Positions 11,593 to 22,504 are shown, numbered from the stretch's first letter. The stretch is DNA of 64,000 nt from an uncultured Nitrososphaeraceae archaeon (GCA_963765895.1 CAVXZB010000019.1:377301-441300), one strand, 5' to 3'. The notes: generated from the letters alone by a model not told the origin. A program made the numbers and translations.

Positions 11593-12381
11593 TTGTCCAA
11601 ACTTCAAGTAATTAACGTAAGCAAACAATTCCTAGATGTGAAAAATGGACACCATGTCTCAGCAATCGAAAATATAAGCCTCTCGATTGAGGAAGGCCAA
11701 TTCGTTTGCTTTGTAGGTCCATCGGGTTGCGGGAAATCCACACTCTTGAACATATTAGCAGGGCTGGATAGACCCACTAATGGACAGGTTGTACTGAATG
11801 GGCAAGTTGTTACAGAAACCGGTCCAGACAGAGTTATGGTATTTCAAGAAAACGCATTATTCCCTTGGCTCAAAGTTATTGATAACGTGGAGTTTGGACT
11901 AAAAATGGCCGGAGTGGAGAAGAAAAGGAGATTGGAGATATCAATGCGGTATCTTGATCTAATGCAACTGTCCAAATTTTCCAATCTATATACATATCAG
12001 CTATCTGGAGGTATGAAACAGAGAGTAGCGATCGCCAGAGCTCTCGTCACAGATCCTGAGGTGTTATTGATGGACGAACCATTCGCGGCATTGGATTCAC
12101 AAACAAGAGACCTTCTGTTAGTAGAATTACAGTTAATATGGGCAAAGACCAGAAAAACCATTGTATTTGTAACTCATAATATATTAGAATCTGTTTGCCT
12201 AGGTGACAAAGTAATTGTGTTTACCAGTAGGCCAGGTAAAATAAAGGCAGAGATCGCCGTTGACTATAGAAGGCCTAGACTGTCCGAAGACACCGAATTG
12301 CAGAGATATCAGAGAAAAATTCTCGAAGAGCTTAAATATGAGATAATCACCTCGCGGAAATCGGAGGACGAGACATTGTGA
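11593..12381 (+). CDS. ABC ATPase, nitrate/sulfonate/taurine (SsuB/TauB) type, without adjacent partners
   Basis: GPSGCGKST, VFQENALFPW, LSGGMKQR, LLMDEPFAALD, FVTH. Confidence 0.92.
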   Translation: MSKLQVINVSKQFLDVKNGHHVSAIENISLSIEEGQFVCFVGPSGCGKSTLLNILAGLDRPTNGQVVLNGQVVTETGPDRVMVFQENALFPWLKVIDNVEFGLKMAGVEKKRRLEISMRYLDLMQLSKFSNLYTYQLSGGMKQRVAIARALVTDPEVLLMDEPFAALDSQTRDLLLVELQLIWAKTRKTIVFVTHNILESVCLGDKVIVFTSRPGKIKAEIAVDYRRPRLSEDTELQRYQRKILEELKYEIITSRKSEDETL

Positions 12382-12478
12382 CTTCGATTCGAATGGGGTC
12401 AAAATGGATCTTGATAGCATATAGACTCATTATTCGTAGAGCTAAATTTAGAGATTCTAAAGTGATCGAATGTTCATA

Positions 12479-13246
12479 TTACTTCTTTAGTTGTTCAAGA
12501 AGCCGTATGCCTGCGTTAAAATTGTTGGGTGATGTCAATAGGACTTCATCTGCTAGGCGACCGGCCTCCTTTATGAAATCGATTGGAGTGTCTTTGTAGC
12601 CAGCCCAATTCAAGCCTATGGTTTTTGCCGATGGTTCGTTCTTCTCAGAAGGTATCATAATACATGCTATCACCTTTATTTTGTTCCGATGTGAAACGTC
12701 GACAATGCTTCTTAGCGTCTCTAATGAATCAATTGATTGCGTGATGAAAGCATTTGGTTTCGCATCTATTTTTCTCTGAATGAGAGAGGATCTATCTATG
12801 CAATTTGGAATTGCCAAATCTAACTCAATATGCTTATTATATCCAATGTTACGTAGCGCAAGCATAGTTTCGCTGGGCCTGGCCACCGAGTATTTTGCGT
12901 TATTGCTAGAATCATCTCCCGCTACGAGCTGAATGCCCTTTATTCCCACTAGCAAAGCATCGGCTACAAATTGGCATATGGATAAGAAGCTTCGATCTCG
13001 GATCCTTAGAGTACAGGTCACCGGTAGCGAGTCTAGCTTTCTATTCATGCTTAGATGACCTGCTGTTACAATACCAGAGACTCTGGGTATCCCCAATACG
13101 GAATCGGTGAGATGAATACCATCGACCAATCCGTTCAAAAGTTCGGCCCTCTTTCGGAAGCGATCCATCCTTTCTATAAGCAATGGTAGGTTAAACGATC
13201 CATTCATCTTAATTTTTGGAGGATTTAATTCATATTTTAACTTCAT
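12479..13246 (-). CDS. Methylenetetrahydrofolate reductase-like (MetF family) flavoprotein
   Basis: YELNPPK, HLTDSVLG, LRIRDRS, LVAGD, RKIDAKPNAFITQ pattern. Confidence 0.7.
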   Translation of the reverse strand: MKLKYELNPPKIKMNGSFNLPLLIERMDRFRKRAELLNGLVDGIHLTDSVLGIPRVSGIVTAGHLSMNRKLDSLPVTCTLRIRDRSFLSICQFVADALLVGIKGIQLVAGDDSSNNAKYSVARPSETMLALRNIGYNKHIELDLAIPNCIDRSSLIQRKIDAKPNAFITQSIDSLETLRSIVDVSHRNKIKVIACIMIPSEKNEPSAKTIGLNWAGYKDTPIDFIKEAGRLADEVLLTSPNNFNAGIRLLEQLKK

Positions 13247-13554
13247 AACTTAAGCTTATGGATTCATGATCTCCAGGCCGTATTATTAAATGCGACGCAT
13301 TATCTAGCTTCGACAGCATATTTATATGGTTGCTTAAACTAATGCCAAAATCGGGGTGACTAGATAATTGGTGATGACATTATCCCTGCTAATAAACACT
13401 CCATTGGCTTATCGGTAGTCTTGGCCTAGTCAGTTTAATTCTTGGAAAACCATCTTACTTTAGGAAGAATTTCTCAAAAGGAATAGCATATCCAGTAGAT
13501 GAACGCAAGACATTTGTATTATGCTGCTTATAAATAGCCGCTACATTTCTTACT

Positions 13555-14205
13555 TTGTTGCCCACTCCAAACGAATTAATGCAGAGGATAGGGGATATTC
13601 TTATACGTGATGCTATGCATGTGGAACCAAAAAAAGCCAGCATGACTTATGCGTCAGTGTTGGTAATAATTCATTATCATGGTGCTACTCCGCATATTAT
13701 TCTTACCAAGCGGAGCACTAGCGTTCGATTACATGGTGGCGAAGTTTGTTTTCCCGGAGGGGGATATGACCCTGCTGAAGATAAAAATTTACTTGACACC
13801 GCAATTAGAGAAACGAATGAGGAATTAGGGCTATTGTTAAATACAGCAGATATAATTGGGAGGCTCCAACCGGTAAAAACCTTAACCTCTAATTTCATAA
13901 TATATCCATTTGTAACAATTAAACTAACCGTGGCCAGCCCTAAGTCCTTATCAGCTGAGGTAGAGAAGGTAATAGATGCTCCACTCTACAGGGTACTGGA
14001 TAGTATCACCCCGGATCTCCGCTACTCTAATCTTTCTTCAAAGAGCCATTTATACAAATTTAAATTTAAAGAAGAGATTGTATGGGGGGCTACATCTCGG
14101 ATACTAAAACAGCTGCACGACTGTCTGTACAAAAAAGTCATGCAAAATAGACTTGTGAATGGAAACTGGATACCTTATTATTTTAATGCCAGCTGCCTGA
14201 TATGA
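13555..14205 (+). CDS. Nudix hydrolase, CoA pyrophosphatase (NudL/Pcd1) type
   Basis: ILTKRS..RLHGGEVCFPGG, Nudix box TAIRETNEELG, IVWGATSRIL. Confidence 0.9.
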   Translation: MLPTPNELMQRIGDILIRDAMHVEPKKASMTYASVLVIIHYHGATPHIILTKRSTSVRLHGGEVCFPGGGYDPAEDKNLLDTAIRETNEELGLLLNTADIIGRLQPVKTLTSNFIIYPFVTIKLTVASPKSLSAEVEKVIDAPLYRVLDSITPDLRYSNLSSKSHLYKFKFKEEIVWGATSRILKQLHDCLYKKVMQNRLVNGNWIPYYFNASCLI

Positions 14206-14312
14206 ATAACCCTGATTCGGAAGCTAATCATTATCGATCAGAGATGGTTGACGAGTTCTCAGAATGGATTAACGTGTAAAAATTTAAAGGATAGGAGATC
14301 GTAAGTTCACAA

Positions 14313-14540
14313 ATGTTATGCAGATCATGCGGAAATGAGATGAATGCATTCGAATATTGTACGTCCTGCAATGAAGCAATACTGTGGAAATGTAGTAGGT
14401 GTGAGAGGGAGAACGATAAGTCAATTCATTCTCGTTGCAAAACAGTTGCAGCCAATATTTCCAGTATAGCTTTAGTTCTCCAAACCGCCATGACGGCAGC
14501 CTGTATATCTGGACTGGCCGGGATGACAAGTTTGTGTTAA
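14313..14540 (+). CDS. Small zinc-finger protein
   Basis: CRSC...CTSC...CSRC...HSRC followed by a hydrophobic tail. Confidence 0.6.
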   Translation: MLCRSCGNEMNAFEYCTSCNEAILWKCSRCERENDKSIHSRCKTVAANISSIALVLQTAMTAACISGLAGMTSLC

Positions 14541-14726
14541 TACATATCAATTAAATACTAAGCAGATTCCACTATTTAGAATTAATTTGTCGTCGTCGGT
14601 ATACATGAGCTTTGGCTGTCTGCCGCTGGCAGATTTTTGTTTAAATTTCCTTGAGAGTTGCATCTAAAAGACGTTGAGAGACTAAGCCGCGCCCAAAAGG
14701 CGGTACGCTTATGTAGCGTAAGCTGA

Positions 14727-16199
14727 GTGATGAGACTAATGCCGTTTGAGAGTCTTGAAGAATTCGTATTAGCTCTTGAAAAAGCACACGAGCTTAGGCG
14801 GATACAAACGAAGGTTAGTACTGAATTAGAGATTGCTGAAATAATGCGCAGATTGATGTATGACCGCGGGCATCATCAACCAGCTGTTCTCTTTGAGAAT
14901 ATCGAAGGATATTCCATACCAGTCTTGGGAAACGCCTTTGGATCGATGAGGAGGCTCCAGATAGCACTGGAAACTGAGGATTTTTCTGAGATAGGGAATC
15001 GCATTGTGGATCTTACAAAAATGAAGATGCCGGAAGGAGTACTAAACAAAATAAAGATGCTACCGAAATTATCAGAGATAGCAGATTATGGTCCCAGAAT
15101 TGTGGAATCTGGTCCTGTTACCGACATAATCAGGAACGAAAAAGAATCATCATTAAACTCGTTGCCAATTCTAAGATCGTTCTCCGGAGACGCGGGAAAA
15201 TTTATAACATTTGGTTTGACCGTTTCTAAACACCCAGAAAGCGAAGTACGAAATTTAGGTGTGTACAGGATTCAGATCCTTGACCAGAAAAAAGGGTTAA
15301 TGCATTGGCAGATTCACAAACGTGGTGCTCAGCATTTAGAGATTTCTAAGGAACAGAAGAAGAAGATTGAAGTTGCGATCGTTATCGGGGCAGATCCAGC
15401 TACAATTTTTGCTGCGGTCGCGCCCGTTCCGGAGGGAATGGATAAATTCCTATTTGCAGGCATTACAAGAAAAAAAGGTACAAAACTAGTAAAATGTCGG
15501 ACTGTAAACCTGGAAGTGCCTGCAAATGCAGATATTGTTCTGGAAGGATTTGTCGATCCCGATGAAACAAGAATGGAGGGGCCTTTTGGTGATCATACAG
15601 GCTATTATACACCTCCGGAGCCGTATCCGGTTTTTAATCTTACAGGGATTATGCAAAAGAGAAATCCCGTTTATTTGACAACAGTTGTAGGCAAACCAAT
15701 CTTGGAAGATGCGTATATAGGCAAGGTAATTGAACGCTCATTTTTGCCACTGATAAAGATGTTTCAGCCCGAAGTTATTGACTTTTCAATGCCACCTGCT
15801 GGATGGTTTCAAGGGCTTGGAATAGTGTCAATTAAAAAGCGATACCCCGGTCAGGCAAAGAAGGTCATGATGGGACTCTGGGGACTTGGACAACTGGCCC
15901 TGACCAAAATGTTTGTCGTAGTCGACTATGATATAGACGTGCAGAATTTAGATGACGTTTTATGGGCATTGACGACTCGAGCGGATCCACGAAGGGATAC
16001 AGTGATAATCGACTTTACACCGACGGATAGCCTCGATCCAGCCTCACCACTTTTGAATCTTGGATCAAAGCTAGGGATTGATGCGACTACCAAATGGAAA
16101 GAGGAAGGGTATAACAGAGAGATGCAACAGTTGGCAAGGGTCGATCATAAGACAAAGGAATACGTCAACAGTAGATGGAAAGAATATGGATTTGAATAA
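14727..16199 (+). CDS. ubiD: UbiD-family prFMN decarboxylase, most like the menaquinone-pathway decarboxylase (MqnL type)
   Basis: RNLGVYR, EGPFGDHTGYY, VSIKKRYPGQAKKVMMGLWGLGQ, DSLDPAS, GSKLGIDAT. Confidence 0.9.
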   Translation: MMRLMPFESLEEFVLALEKAHELRRIQTKVSTELEIAEIMRRLMYDRGHHQPAVLFENIEGYSIPVLGNAFGSMRRLQIALETEDFSEIGNRIVDLTKMKMPEGVLNKIKMLPKLSEIADYGPRIVESGPVTDIIRNEKESSLNSLPILRSFSGDAGKFITFGLTVSKHPESEVRNLGVYRIQILDQKKGLMHWQIHKRGAQHLEISKEQKKKIEVAIVIGADPATIFAAVAPVPEGMDKFLFAGITRKKGTKLVKCRTVNLEVPANADIVLEGFVDPDETRMEGPFGDHTGYYTPPEPYPVFNLTGIMQKRNPVYLTTVVGKPILEDAYIGKVIERSFLPLIKMFQPEVIDFSMPPAGWFQGLGIVSIKKRYPGQAKKVMMGLWGLGQLALTKMFVVVDYDIDVQNLDDVLWALTTRADPRRDTVIIDFTPTDSLDPASPLLNLGSKLGIDATTKWKEEGYNREMQQLARVDHKTKEYVNSRWKEYGFE

Positions 16200-16354
16200 A
16201 ACAGATTGTAATCCTCTACATTCGAATATTATGCGACTAAATATGACACTTTTGATTATTAGAAAGATACAACATCATAGTTGTAAAATGGATCGTATCG
16301 AAAGGTAAGTCCGCTATAAACTCTGTGGTTTGGCTTTCATACATATGTTAATCT

Positions 16355-16385
16355 CTAGGATTCTCGCCTAGGATTCTCGCCTAGG
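16355..16385. repeat. 13-bp tandem duplication (CTAGGATTCTCGC x2.4)
   Basis: Units at 16355-16367, 16368-16380 and a partial unit at 16381-16385. Confidence 0.9.
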
Positions 16386-16597
16386 TTAATTAACAATAAT
16401 TGCTGTAGAATCGTGATTCATCGCGCTCAAATTTGTAGAGTTCAAGTAGGTGGACGAGATCAGGGTGTGAAATCGGGGTTCCGAGACTCGGGGCCAATAC
16501 GGATTTGCGTAAATGATCGTTGTAGCGGCAATAAATTGAACTTTATGACCATTCTCTTTCTAGTTAAGCCTCTAAAGTTTGAGAAGTAGTATGGATT

Positions 16598-16614
16598 GAA
16601 AAAGCCTTTTATAT
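16598..16614 (+). promoter_or_regulatory. Archaeal BRE + TATA box of the DPSL gene
   Basis: GAAAAAG-CC-TTTTATAT ending 22 nt before ATG 16637, consistent with a leaderless transcript. Confidence 0.6.
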
Positions 16615-16636
16615 CGTCTACTTGGTGATCTCCAAT

Positions 16637-17230
16637 ATGGCAAGTGAGGTAAAGGGAAAAGTTCCAAAAATCGTTGCATTAGAAGTTATCGAAAAGAACG
16701 GTGTTAATGTCGAAAGATTAAAGGAGCTAATTACGAAAGGAGTTGGCGCTGAATTTACCACATACTATTACTATACAATACTGAGGATGCATTGTACTGG
16801 TTTAGAAGGCGAAGGAATAAAAGAGATCGTCGAAGACGCTCGTATCGAGGATAGGAACCACTTCGAAGCAATGGTGCCTAGACTATATGAATTGGGAGGT
16901 GGCCTTCCGAAAGATATTAGAAAATTTGCAGATCAGGCAGGCTGTCCAGACGCATATTTGCCAGATAATTGGGAAGATATAAATTCGATTCTCAAGGTTC
17001 TGCTAGAGGCAGAGCAGTGTGCTATCAGATCGTGGGGCGAAGTCTGCGACATGACTGCAGGAAAAGATCCAAGGACATATGATATTGCACAGAGGATTAT
17101 GCAAGAGGAAGTTGAACATGAAGCATGGTTTATTGAGCTTTTGTCCAAGAGACCGTCTGGTCACTATAGAAGGAAATTTGTAGGTCAATCTCCGCACACT
17201 GGCACTCAAGGAAGCCTGATCCATTTATAA
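16637..17230 (+). CDS. dpsL: DPS-like (DPSL) ferritin-superfamily oxidative stress protein
   Basis: [18 protein letters not shown], Cys pair [21 protein letters not shown]; T-rich tract after the stop. Confidence 0.92.
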   Translation: MASEVKGKVPKIVALEVIEKNGVNVERLKELITKGVGAEFTTYYYYTILRMHCTGLEGEGIKEIVEDARIEDRNHFEAMVPRLYELGGGLPKDIRKFADQAGCPDAYLPDNWEDINSILKVLLEAEQCAIRSWGEVCDMTAGKDPRTYDIAQRIMQEEVEHEAWFIELLSKRPSGHYRRKFVGQSPHTGTQGSLIHL

Positions 17231-17497
17231 ACAAGGCCAAGTCTAAACGAGATCTTGAATTCAAAAGAATCGTTATTTTTTATTTTGTGATGATCGACTA
17301 TTCTTCCGCTGAGTGAAGCGATTTATTACTGGGAATCACTTTGATTTGGTCACTAATCGATTTTATTAGTTAAGGAATTTGATATTGCACTCCAGCCTTA
17401 GACGTAATTCTTATTTGTAGACATTGGTTCAAAGTCGGCAAATAAAAGTTAGGTAATTCTTTATATGAGGATATTTGTATTACGGGTGAGCTAAAAA

Positions 17498-18646
17498 TTG
17501 ACTAAATGTATTGCCTTTCACTCCTATAAAGGTGGTACTGGCAAGACGACAATAGGGGCTAATTTTGCAGCATCCCTTACAAAGGAAGGCTACAAGGTTT
17601 CCTTAATTGATCTTGACGTTTATGCTCCAAGCCTTCAGTCCTATTTTGACGTGGAACCAGAGAAATCGATTAATGATTATCTCTATTCAAATGCGGAAGT
17701 AGAGGATGTTATGGTCGATATGACATCTCTTGTGAATAATTCATTCTCAAATGTGACAGGTTCGCATAAACCCGGGTTAGAGCCAAAAGATCCTTCAAAT
17801 TCAAAAACAGAAAAGGGCAGCCCTTATTCTCTACCTGATACCACTTCTAGTAGCGAAGTCGGATCGCAAAGATCAAACTCTGATTCATTCGAGAGGTCTA
17901 AGAAATCCGGAAAGCTATGGGTAGGGTTTTGTAGTACCAGAAAGGAAGATATTTTTAAACTGGAAGGGGGAGTAAATGAGAACATGAGGCGCCAGTTCCT
18001 TAAGCGGTTTATCTTACTGCGGGAGCAATTGATCTCCAGTTATGATTCTGATTACATAATCATAGATACTAGTCCTGGAATTAGATACTGGTCGATAAAT
18101 GCCTTGGCTGTTGCTGATATATTATTCTTGACACTGAAAATGGGAGATCTCGATATTGAAGGTACTAAAAAAATAGTAGACGAGATTTATACATCATTTA
18201 CAAAATTCGGTACTAGGTCTTTTCTTCTCCTTAACAGGGTTTCCGGTTATTGTGTACCACATACCTTACCACAGTATAGCGGTGGCTCTGAAACACATGC
18301 CACTGGGCAATTTTCAGATTCAGATGTTTTTTCAACTTTTGAATTCTTGCCGAAAGGCACTAGGGACAAAAGTATTCCCACTCGAAATGTAAAAACTGAG
18401 TCCGATTCCGTAGGTCATTTAGGTTTAAATGCAAACATTTCAAGTCAGATGCCAGGGAGTCATACCGACCTATCTAAGATGCTTTCTGAGGAATTAAGAA
18501 TGAATGTAATTTCTTCAGTCCCATGTTATTGTGATATCCAATTCGTCAGAAAGGAATTCCTGACGGCGTTACAATTTCCAGAGCACCCATTTGCAATCAA
18601 GATACAAGAGCTTATTAATAACATGGAACGTTTAGCCCAGAGATAA
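17498..18646 (+). CDS. MinD/ParA-family ATPase with two low-complexity insertions
   Basis: Deviant Walker A KGGTGKTT, DLDVYAP, IIIDTSPG. Confidence 0.88.
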   Translation: MTKCIAFHSYKGGTGKTTIGANFAASLTKEGYKVSLIDLDVYAPSLQSYFDVEPEKSINDYLYSNAEVEDVMVDMTSLVNNSFSNVTGSHKPGLEPKDPSNSKTEKGSPYSLPDTTSSSEVGSQRSNSDSFERSKKSGKLWVGFCSTRKEDIFKLEGGVNENMRRQFLKRFILLREQLISSYDSDYIIIDTSPGIRYWSINALAVADILFLTLKMGDLDIEGTKKIVDEIYTSFTKFGTRSFLLLNRVSGYCVPHTLPQYSGGSETHATGQFSDSDVFSTFEFLPKGTRDKSIPTRNVKTESDSVGHLGLNANISSQMPGSHTDLSKMLSEELRMNVISSVPCYCDIQFVRKEFLTALQFPEHPFAIKIQELINNMERLAQR

Positions 18647-18749
18647 GTAAGTACCATGCTCCCCCCGCATATCTACATTCAATTGGTCTTTTGTGGATTG
18701 TCATCACTTAAATTGAATTTCGGGCTATGGTTACTATATTTTGGGAATG

Positions 18750-19133
18750 TTATTGAGGATTCGCAAGCTCTAGATTTATCCTTCTTATTAAGTCGCTCAT
18801 TTGGATGGGCTTTTTGAGGAAGCATGTTTGATCAGGCGATGAAAAAACTTCTCTCAAGGCATGATAGTTAATCTCATAAGCTGTAATAAAGCATACCTTT
18901 GGTCTAGGATCTATCTTATGTAGATGTTCAAACAATTCAAATCCGTCAATTTGTGGCATTCTTATGTCTATAATTAAGAGGTCGTAGTGTTCAGCCTTGA
19001 AATTTGAAATCGCGGTACTGGGATCTGTGTACTGGTCTACATCAAAACCCGCATCCTCTAACGAAACCTTGAACGATGCGACTACATCCGGTTCGTCATC
19101 AACAACAAGTATTCTCCTTCTAATTCTGGCCAA
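18750..19133 (-). CDS. Stand-alone response regulator receiver
   Basis: ILVVDDE, DIRMP (phospho-Asp), FITA, KKP. Confidence 0.92.
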   Translation of the reverse strand: MARIRRRILVVDDEPDVVASFKVSLEDAGFDVDQYTDPSTAISNFKAEHYDLLIIDIRMPQIDGFELFEHLHKIDPRPKVCFITAYEINYHALREVFSSPDQTCFLKKPIQMSDLIRRINLELANPQ

Positions 19134-19581
19134 AGTAAATTAGATCCCACCATCGTAATATTCGTTTTTGTCAATTGATTCGATTGGGCACCTATAGCTA
19201 TAAGAACCGTAAAATATATGCCCCAGATTAATCAACTTTGTCCTATATCCAAGATTGCATGAGGTGTATTTATTTCGAATCTTGTACATCTGCCTTCACT
19301 ATCTCTATCTAAATTTTAAGGATACACATATTTATGATTTATAGCAACTCAATAGTAAAGAATAATAGGTTTTATATATTACGAGCTCAGACAGTCGATA
19401 CAGAGTGAAATCGGAAGTCCAAATATTCTGCTAATTATTCATATCGACTTGTATGTTATTGTTTCTTCGAGGCCATAAAAATCAGGTTGGCATCAAAATT
19501 CCGACAGCCTTATCTTGAAGGCTATCTGACGAATAATTAAATTTTTATACTGCAGTCTTGCGTAGATCTTAACCTTTGCCC

Positions 19582-19731
19582 ATGAAACACGAGAGACGCA
19601 TAGGAGAAGCTATAATGATATTGTCAGGCATAGCGATTTCTATCGGCGCGAACGCAATTGGCGTCATACCCGTAGTGTACGGCGGGTTAGCAATAATGGG
19701 TCTAGGAGTGATATCCGTATTCTGGAGATAA
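19582..19731 (+). CDS. Small two-helix membrane protein (49 aa; not in ORF track)
   Basis: MKHERRIGEAIMILSGIAISIGANAIGVIPVVYGGLAIMGLGVISVFWR*. Confidence 0.6.
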   Translation: MKHERRIGEAIMILSGIAISIGANAIGVIPVVYGGLAIMGLGVISVFWR

Positions 19732-19822
19732 ATTATTGAGCTCTGAAATACGTGAGGTTATCTCCTTATAGGTAGGCATCATATTATGGTGTAAAGGGTG
19801 TAACTATAGCCTCTGTTTTTGT

Positions 19823-21308
19823 TTAAAAGATTATTTCAAAGTGTTGCCCTATAAGATTACAAAATTCAGTTTGAGATCGTGATGCAAGAGTTTGCAATTC
19901 TCCCTGCCTATCAGATAGCTCGGATTCGAGTAATCCCAGCTTCTTCTTTTTTTCACTAATGGACATCTTATCCAGTTCAATATCATCCTTAATCATAGTT
20001 ATCTTCTGCAACATTGGAGAACCATCTCTCTGCTCTTTCAGAATGTGCTTTCTGGCACGTATAGCCTCGAGTCTGGAATTAAAACCCGGCAAAAATTCAA
20101 GGATCTGCTTTAGATAATAGCTCGACTTTCTCAGAGTCCTTAAGATCTATCTTTCCTTTTGCGATCGAAGAGTAGATCTCGTGAAGGATTGGGAGGTATT
20201 GGAAGAAATCATTGGTTTGGTCATCATTACTCTGTTCTTCTGGCGCTCGGTATTCTGGGGAAAGTGTTCGTCCGTTGCTAGCTTGCTCGTGCAACAACAA
20301 ATCACCATGATAAAAAATTTTCCATGGCTCATTGGCCATAGTTTGAAGTTTTATAAATAAGTCTTTTTTAACAGGCAGACCATAGGAGTACTTAGTAATG
20401 GCTCTGTTAACGTGTCCGAATAAATCTATTGTTTGTCGGCGAATTTCCTGCTCCTCATTTTCGAGCTGTCTAGACTCATTCTCAATTGCTAATATCTCGA
20501 TATATTCTTTGGTAGATTCGAGATGACGAAGTTCATTGACATGAACATCAACTTTATCCCGCAAAACCTTGATTTCTGAGCCAATATTGTCTACTGCATT
20601 GCGAGCATTCTTGATCAAATTAATCTGCTCAGAAAGAGAAGTCAACAAGGCTTCCGTGTTTGTGAGCGATCCCTTAAACTTTTGATACTCGGTTACCTTT
20701 GATTTGCATTTTCTGGACAAATTAGAAACGGTGTTAGATTCACTCTGTAGTTTGGAGGCATATTTTTTCACAAATGCATTGAGAACTCTGCTATGGGAAC
20801 CACTCAGAGCACTAAATCTATTGACTATTGATTCCAATCTGGCGTCAAACTTCATGACATCCTCCAGCGTAGATATTGAGATGATTTCTGACGTTGATTC
20901 TTTTCTCAACGAAGAGACTATAGTTCTTCTGGAATTCTCAACAATTGATTCAAAGCGTGGCTCCTCAACTTTAATATTTTCTTTTTCAAGATCGTCTGCT
21001 ATCTTTTCGGTATTTTTTAATAATTTCTCAACAGACAATTTTATTGGCATTAGCCCCTCTACCAAGTCCTTAACTTTCATCTCCCCCTGCGAACGTAAAA
21101 GAGCCGCTGCATCTGGAATTGTAATCTCCCTGCCATTCTCATTTACATTGGCTTGTGTGATGCGAGGACTCTCCGAACTACGCGCATCACCAGTAACATT
21201 CATATCATCAGCATTTTTAAGTTTGTTACCATTAACTTCAGTGCCATAGGTTGGGATATCGATTTTAACCTTACTTTTCTTCTTCAAAAAGTCAAAAAGC
21301 GGAACCAA
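19823..21308 (-). CDS. Long coiled-coil protein, probably one gene frameshifted near 20100
   Basis: Heptad-rich ORFs 20097-21308 and 19823-20092 abut in different frames. Confidence 0.65.
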
Positions 21309-21523
21309 GATAACTCTTCCTTATGGGTACAGTAACAAAACTGTTTCTAAATCTCCTATAGAAGGAACTTAACCGGCAAGAAAATCTTGTCGTTCTAAAA
21401 AGTTTAGATCTGTATCTACTAAGAGGCTGACAAAATCGGATTCAGTTGCGCGCAAGGCATTCTAGTTGAGTAGTCATTTATTCGTATAGTCTATTTAAAT
21501 CAGGCTGAATTATTAGTTCTAAT

Positions 21524-22504
21524 TTGTCAGATATATATATATTTGGCGGGTCATGCTCATTTTTTAGGTTATTAACTACGGCTCAGATATTGAAGGCAGA
21601 ACTTCATTGTCATAATATATATTCGAATTATAGAAACAATTCGGACAGGATCCCTTTTGATTGTGGCGTCAGTATTCAGGAACAACTTGAAAGCGTTTTA
21701 GCCCAGGGGATAAATGTGTTGTTCGTTACAAATCATAATACACTTGATGGTTACCGCCAAATGTTGGAATATCAGCAGAATCACGAGAAGTTTAACGGAA
21801 TTAGGATTTATCCCGCACAGGAAGTTACTCTAAATAACCTAGGACATGTCTTAGCATACGGTATCAACAGGGAAATAAAAAGCGGAATGAGCCTTGAAGA
21901 AACATTGGACGAAATTAAATCACAAGGCGCAATCTCATGTGCCGCTCACCCATTTGCAGTATCGAACGGTATCCGCGACAGGGCCAGGATGTGCGATTTG
22001 ATCGAGTCGTTTAACAGTAATAATGTTGATATCTTTTCCAACATCGTGGCCGAAAAATTTTCAAAGGACAATAATATTATATCCATATCGGGCAGCGATT
22101 CGCATGTCGCCTCTACTATAGGAAGATGCATTAACATCCTTGAATCGGATAACAATATCGATTCGGTTCTGGCTGGAATGCGCAAGGGCCGATTTAGAGA
22201 TGCACGCGCCAAATATGCAACCAAAGAGGAGCTCTATGAACATGCTCGATATGTTCTAGCTAGCTCAAAAGAATCCTTGCTTGATTACTCTTTAAACCAC
22301 TATCCAAAGGCATATAAGGCCGTTCGGTGGGCGCTTAATTCTTTCATTTCGGCGCACCACGACAGGTTTTGGCGATCAATAGCTTCATTCTCGCTATACT
22401 TAACTAAGCGAGCGTCTATGAAAGTAAACATGAAGGGACATGACCCGAATGTATTTGAAAATAGATCATGGAAAAAGTTAATTTCCATGAGTTTGGTTCC
22501 ATGA
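21524..22504 (+). CDS. PHP-domain metal-dependent phosphoesterase
   Basis: ELHCH, TNHNT, QE..GH, AHPF, GSDSH. Confidence 0.9.
   Translation: MSDIYIFGGSCSFFRLLTTAQILKAELHCHNIYSNYRNNSDRIPFDCGVSIQEQLESVLAQGINVLFVTNHNTLDGYRQMLEYQQNHEKFNGIRIYPAQEVTLNNLGHVLAYGINREIKSGMSLEETLDEIKSQGAISCAAHPFAVSNGIRDRARMCDLIESFNSNNVDIFSNIVAEKFSKDNNIISISGSDSHVASTIGRCINILESDNNIDSVLAGMRKGRFRDARAKYATKEELYEHARYVLASSKESLLDYSLNHYPKAYKAVRWALNSFISAHHDRFWRSIASFSLYLTKRASMKVNMKGHDPNVFENRSWKKLISMSLVP

Noticed and set aside
13370-13425. Fluoride (crcB) riboswitch resemblance (GGTGATGA...TAAAC)
   Set aside because: The pseudoknot partner and 3' GAUGAC-type motif are missing, and the downstream gene is a Nudix hydrolase
17287-17335. 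C/D-box-like GTGATGA...CTGA after the DPSL gene
   Set aside because: No convincing C' or terminal D box, and no target recognised
20704-21249. 181-aa plus-strand ORF and similar antisense ORFs over nop5, lysC, his and gat genes
   Set aside because: Shadow ORFs opposite or within better-supported genes, with no motifs
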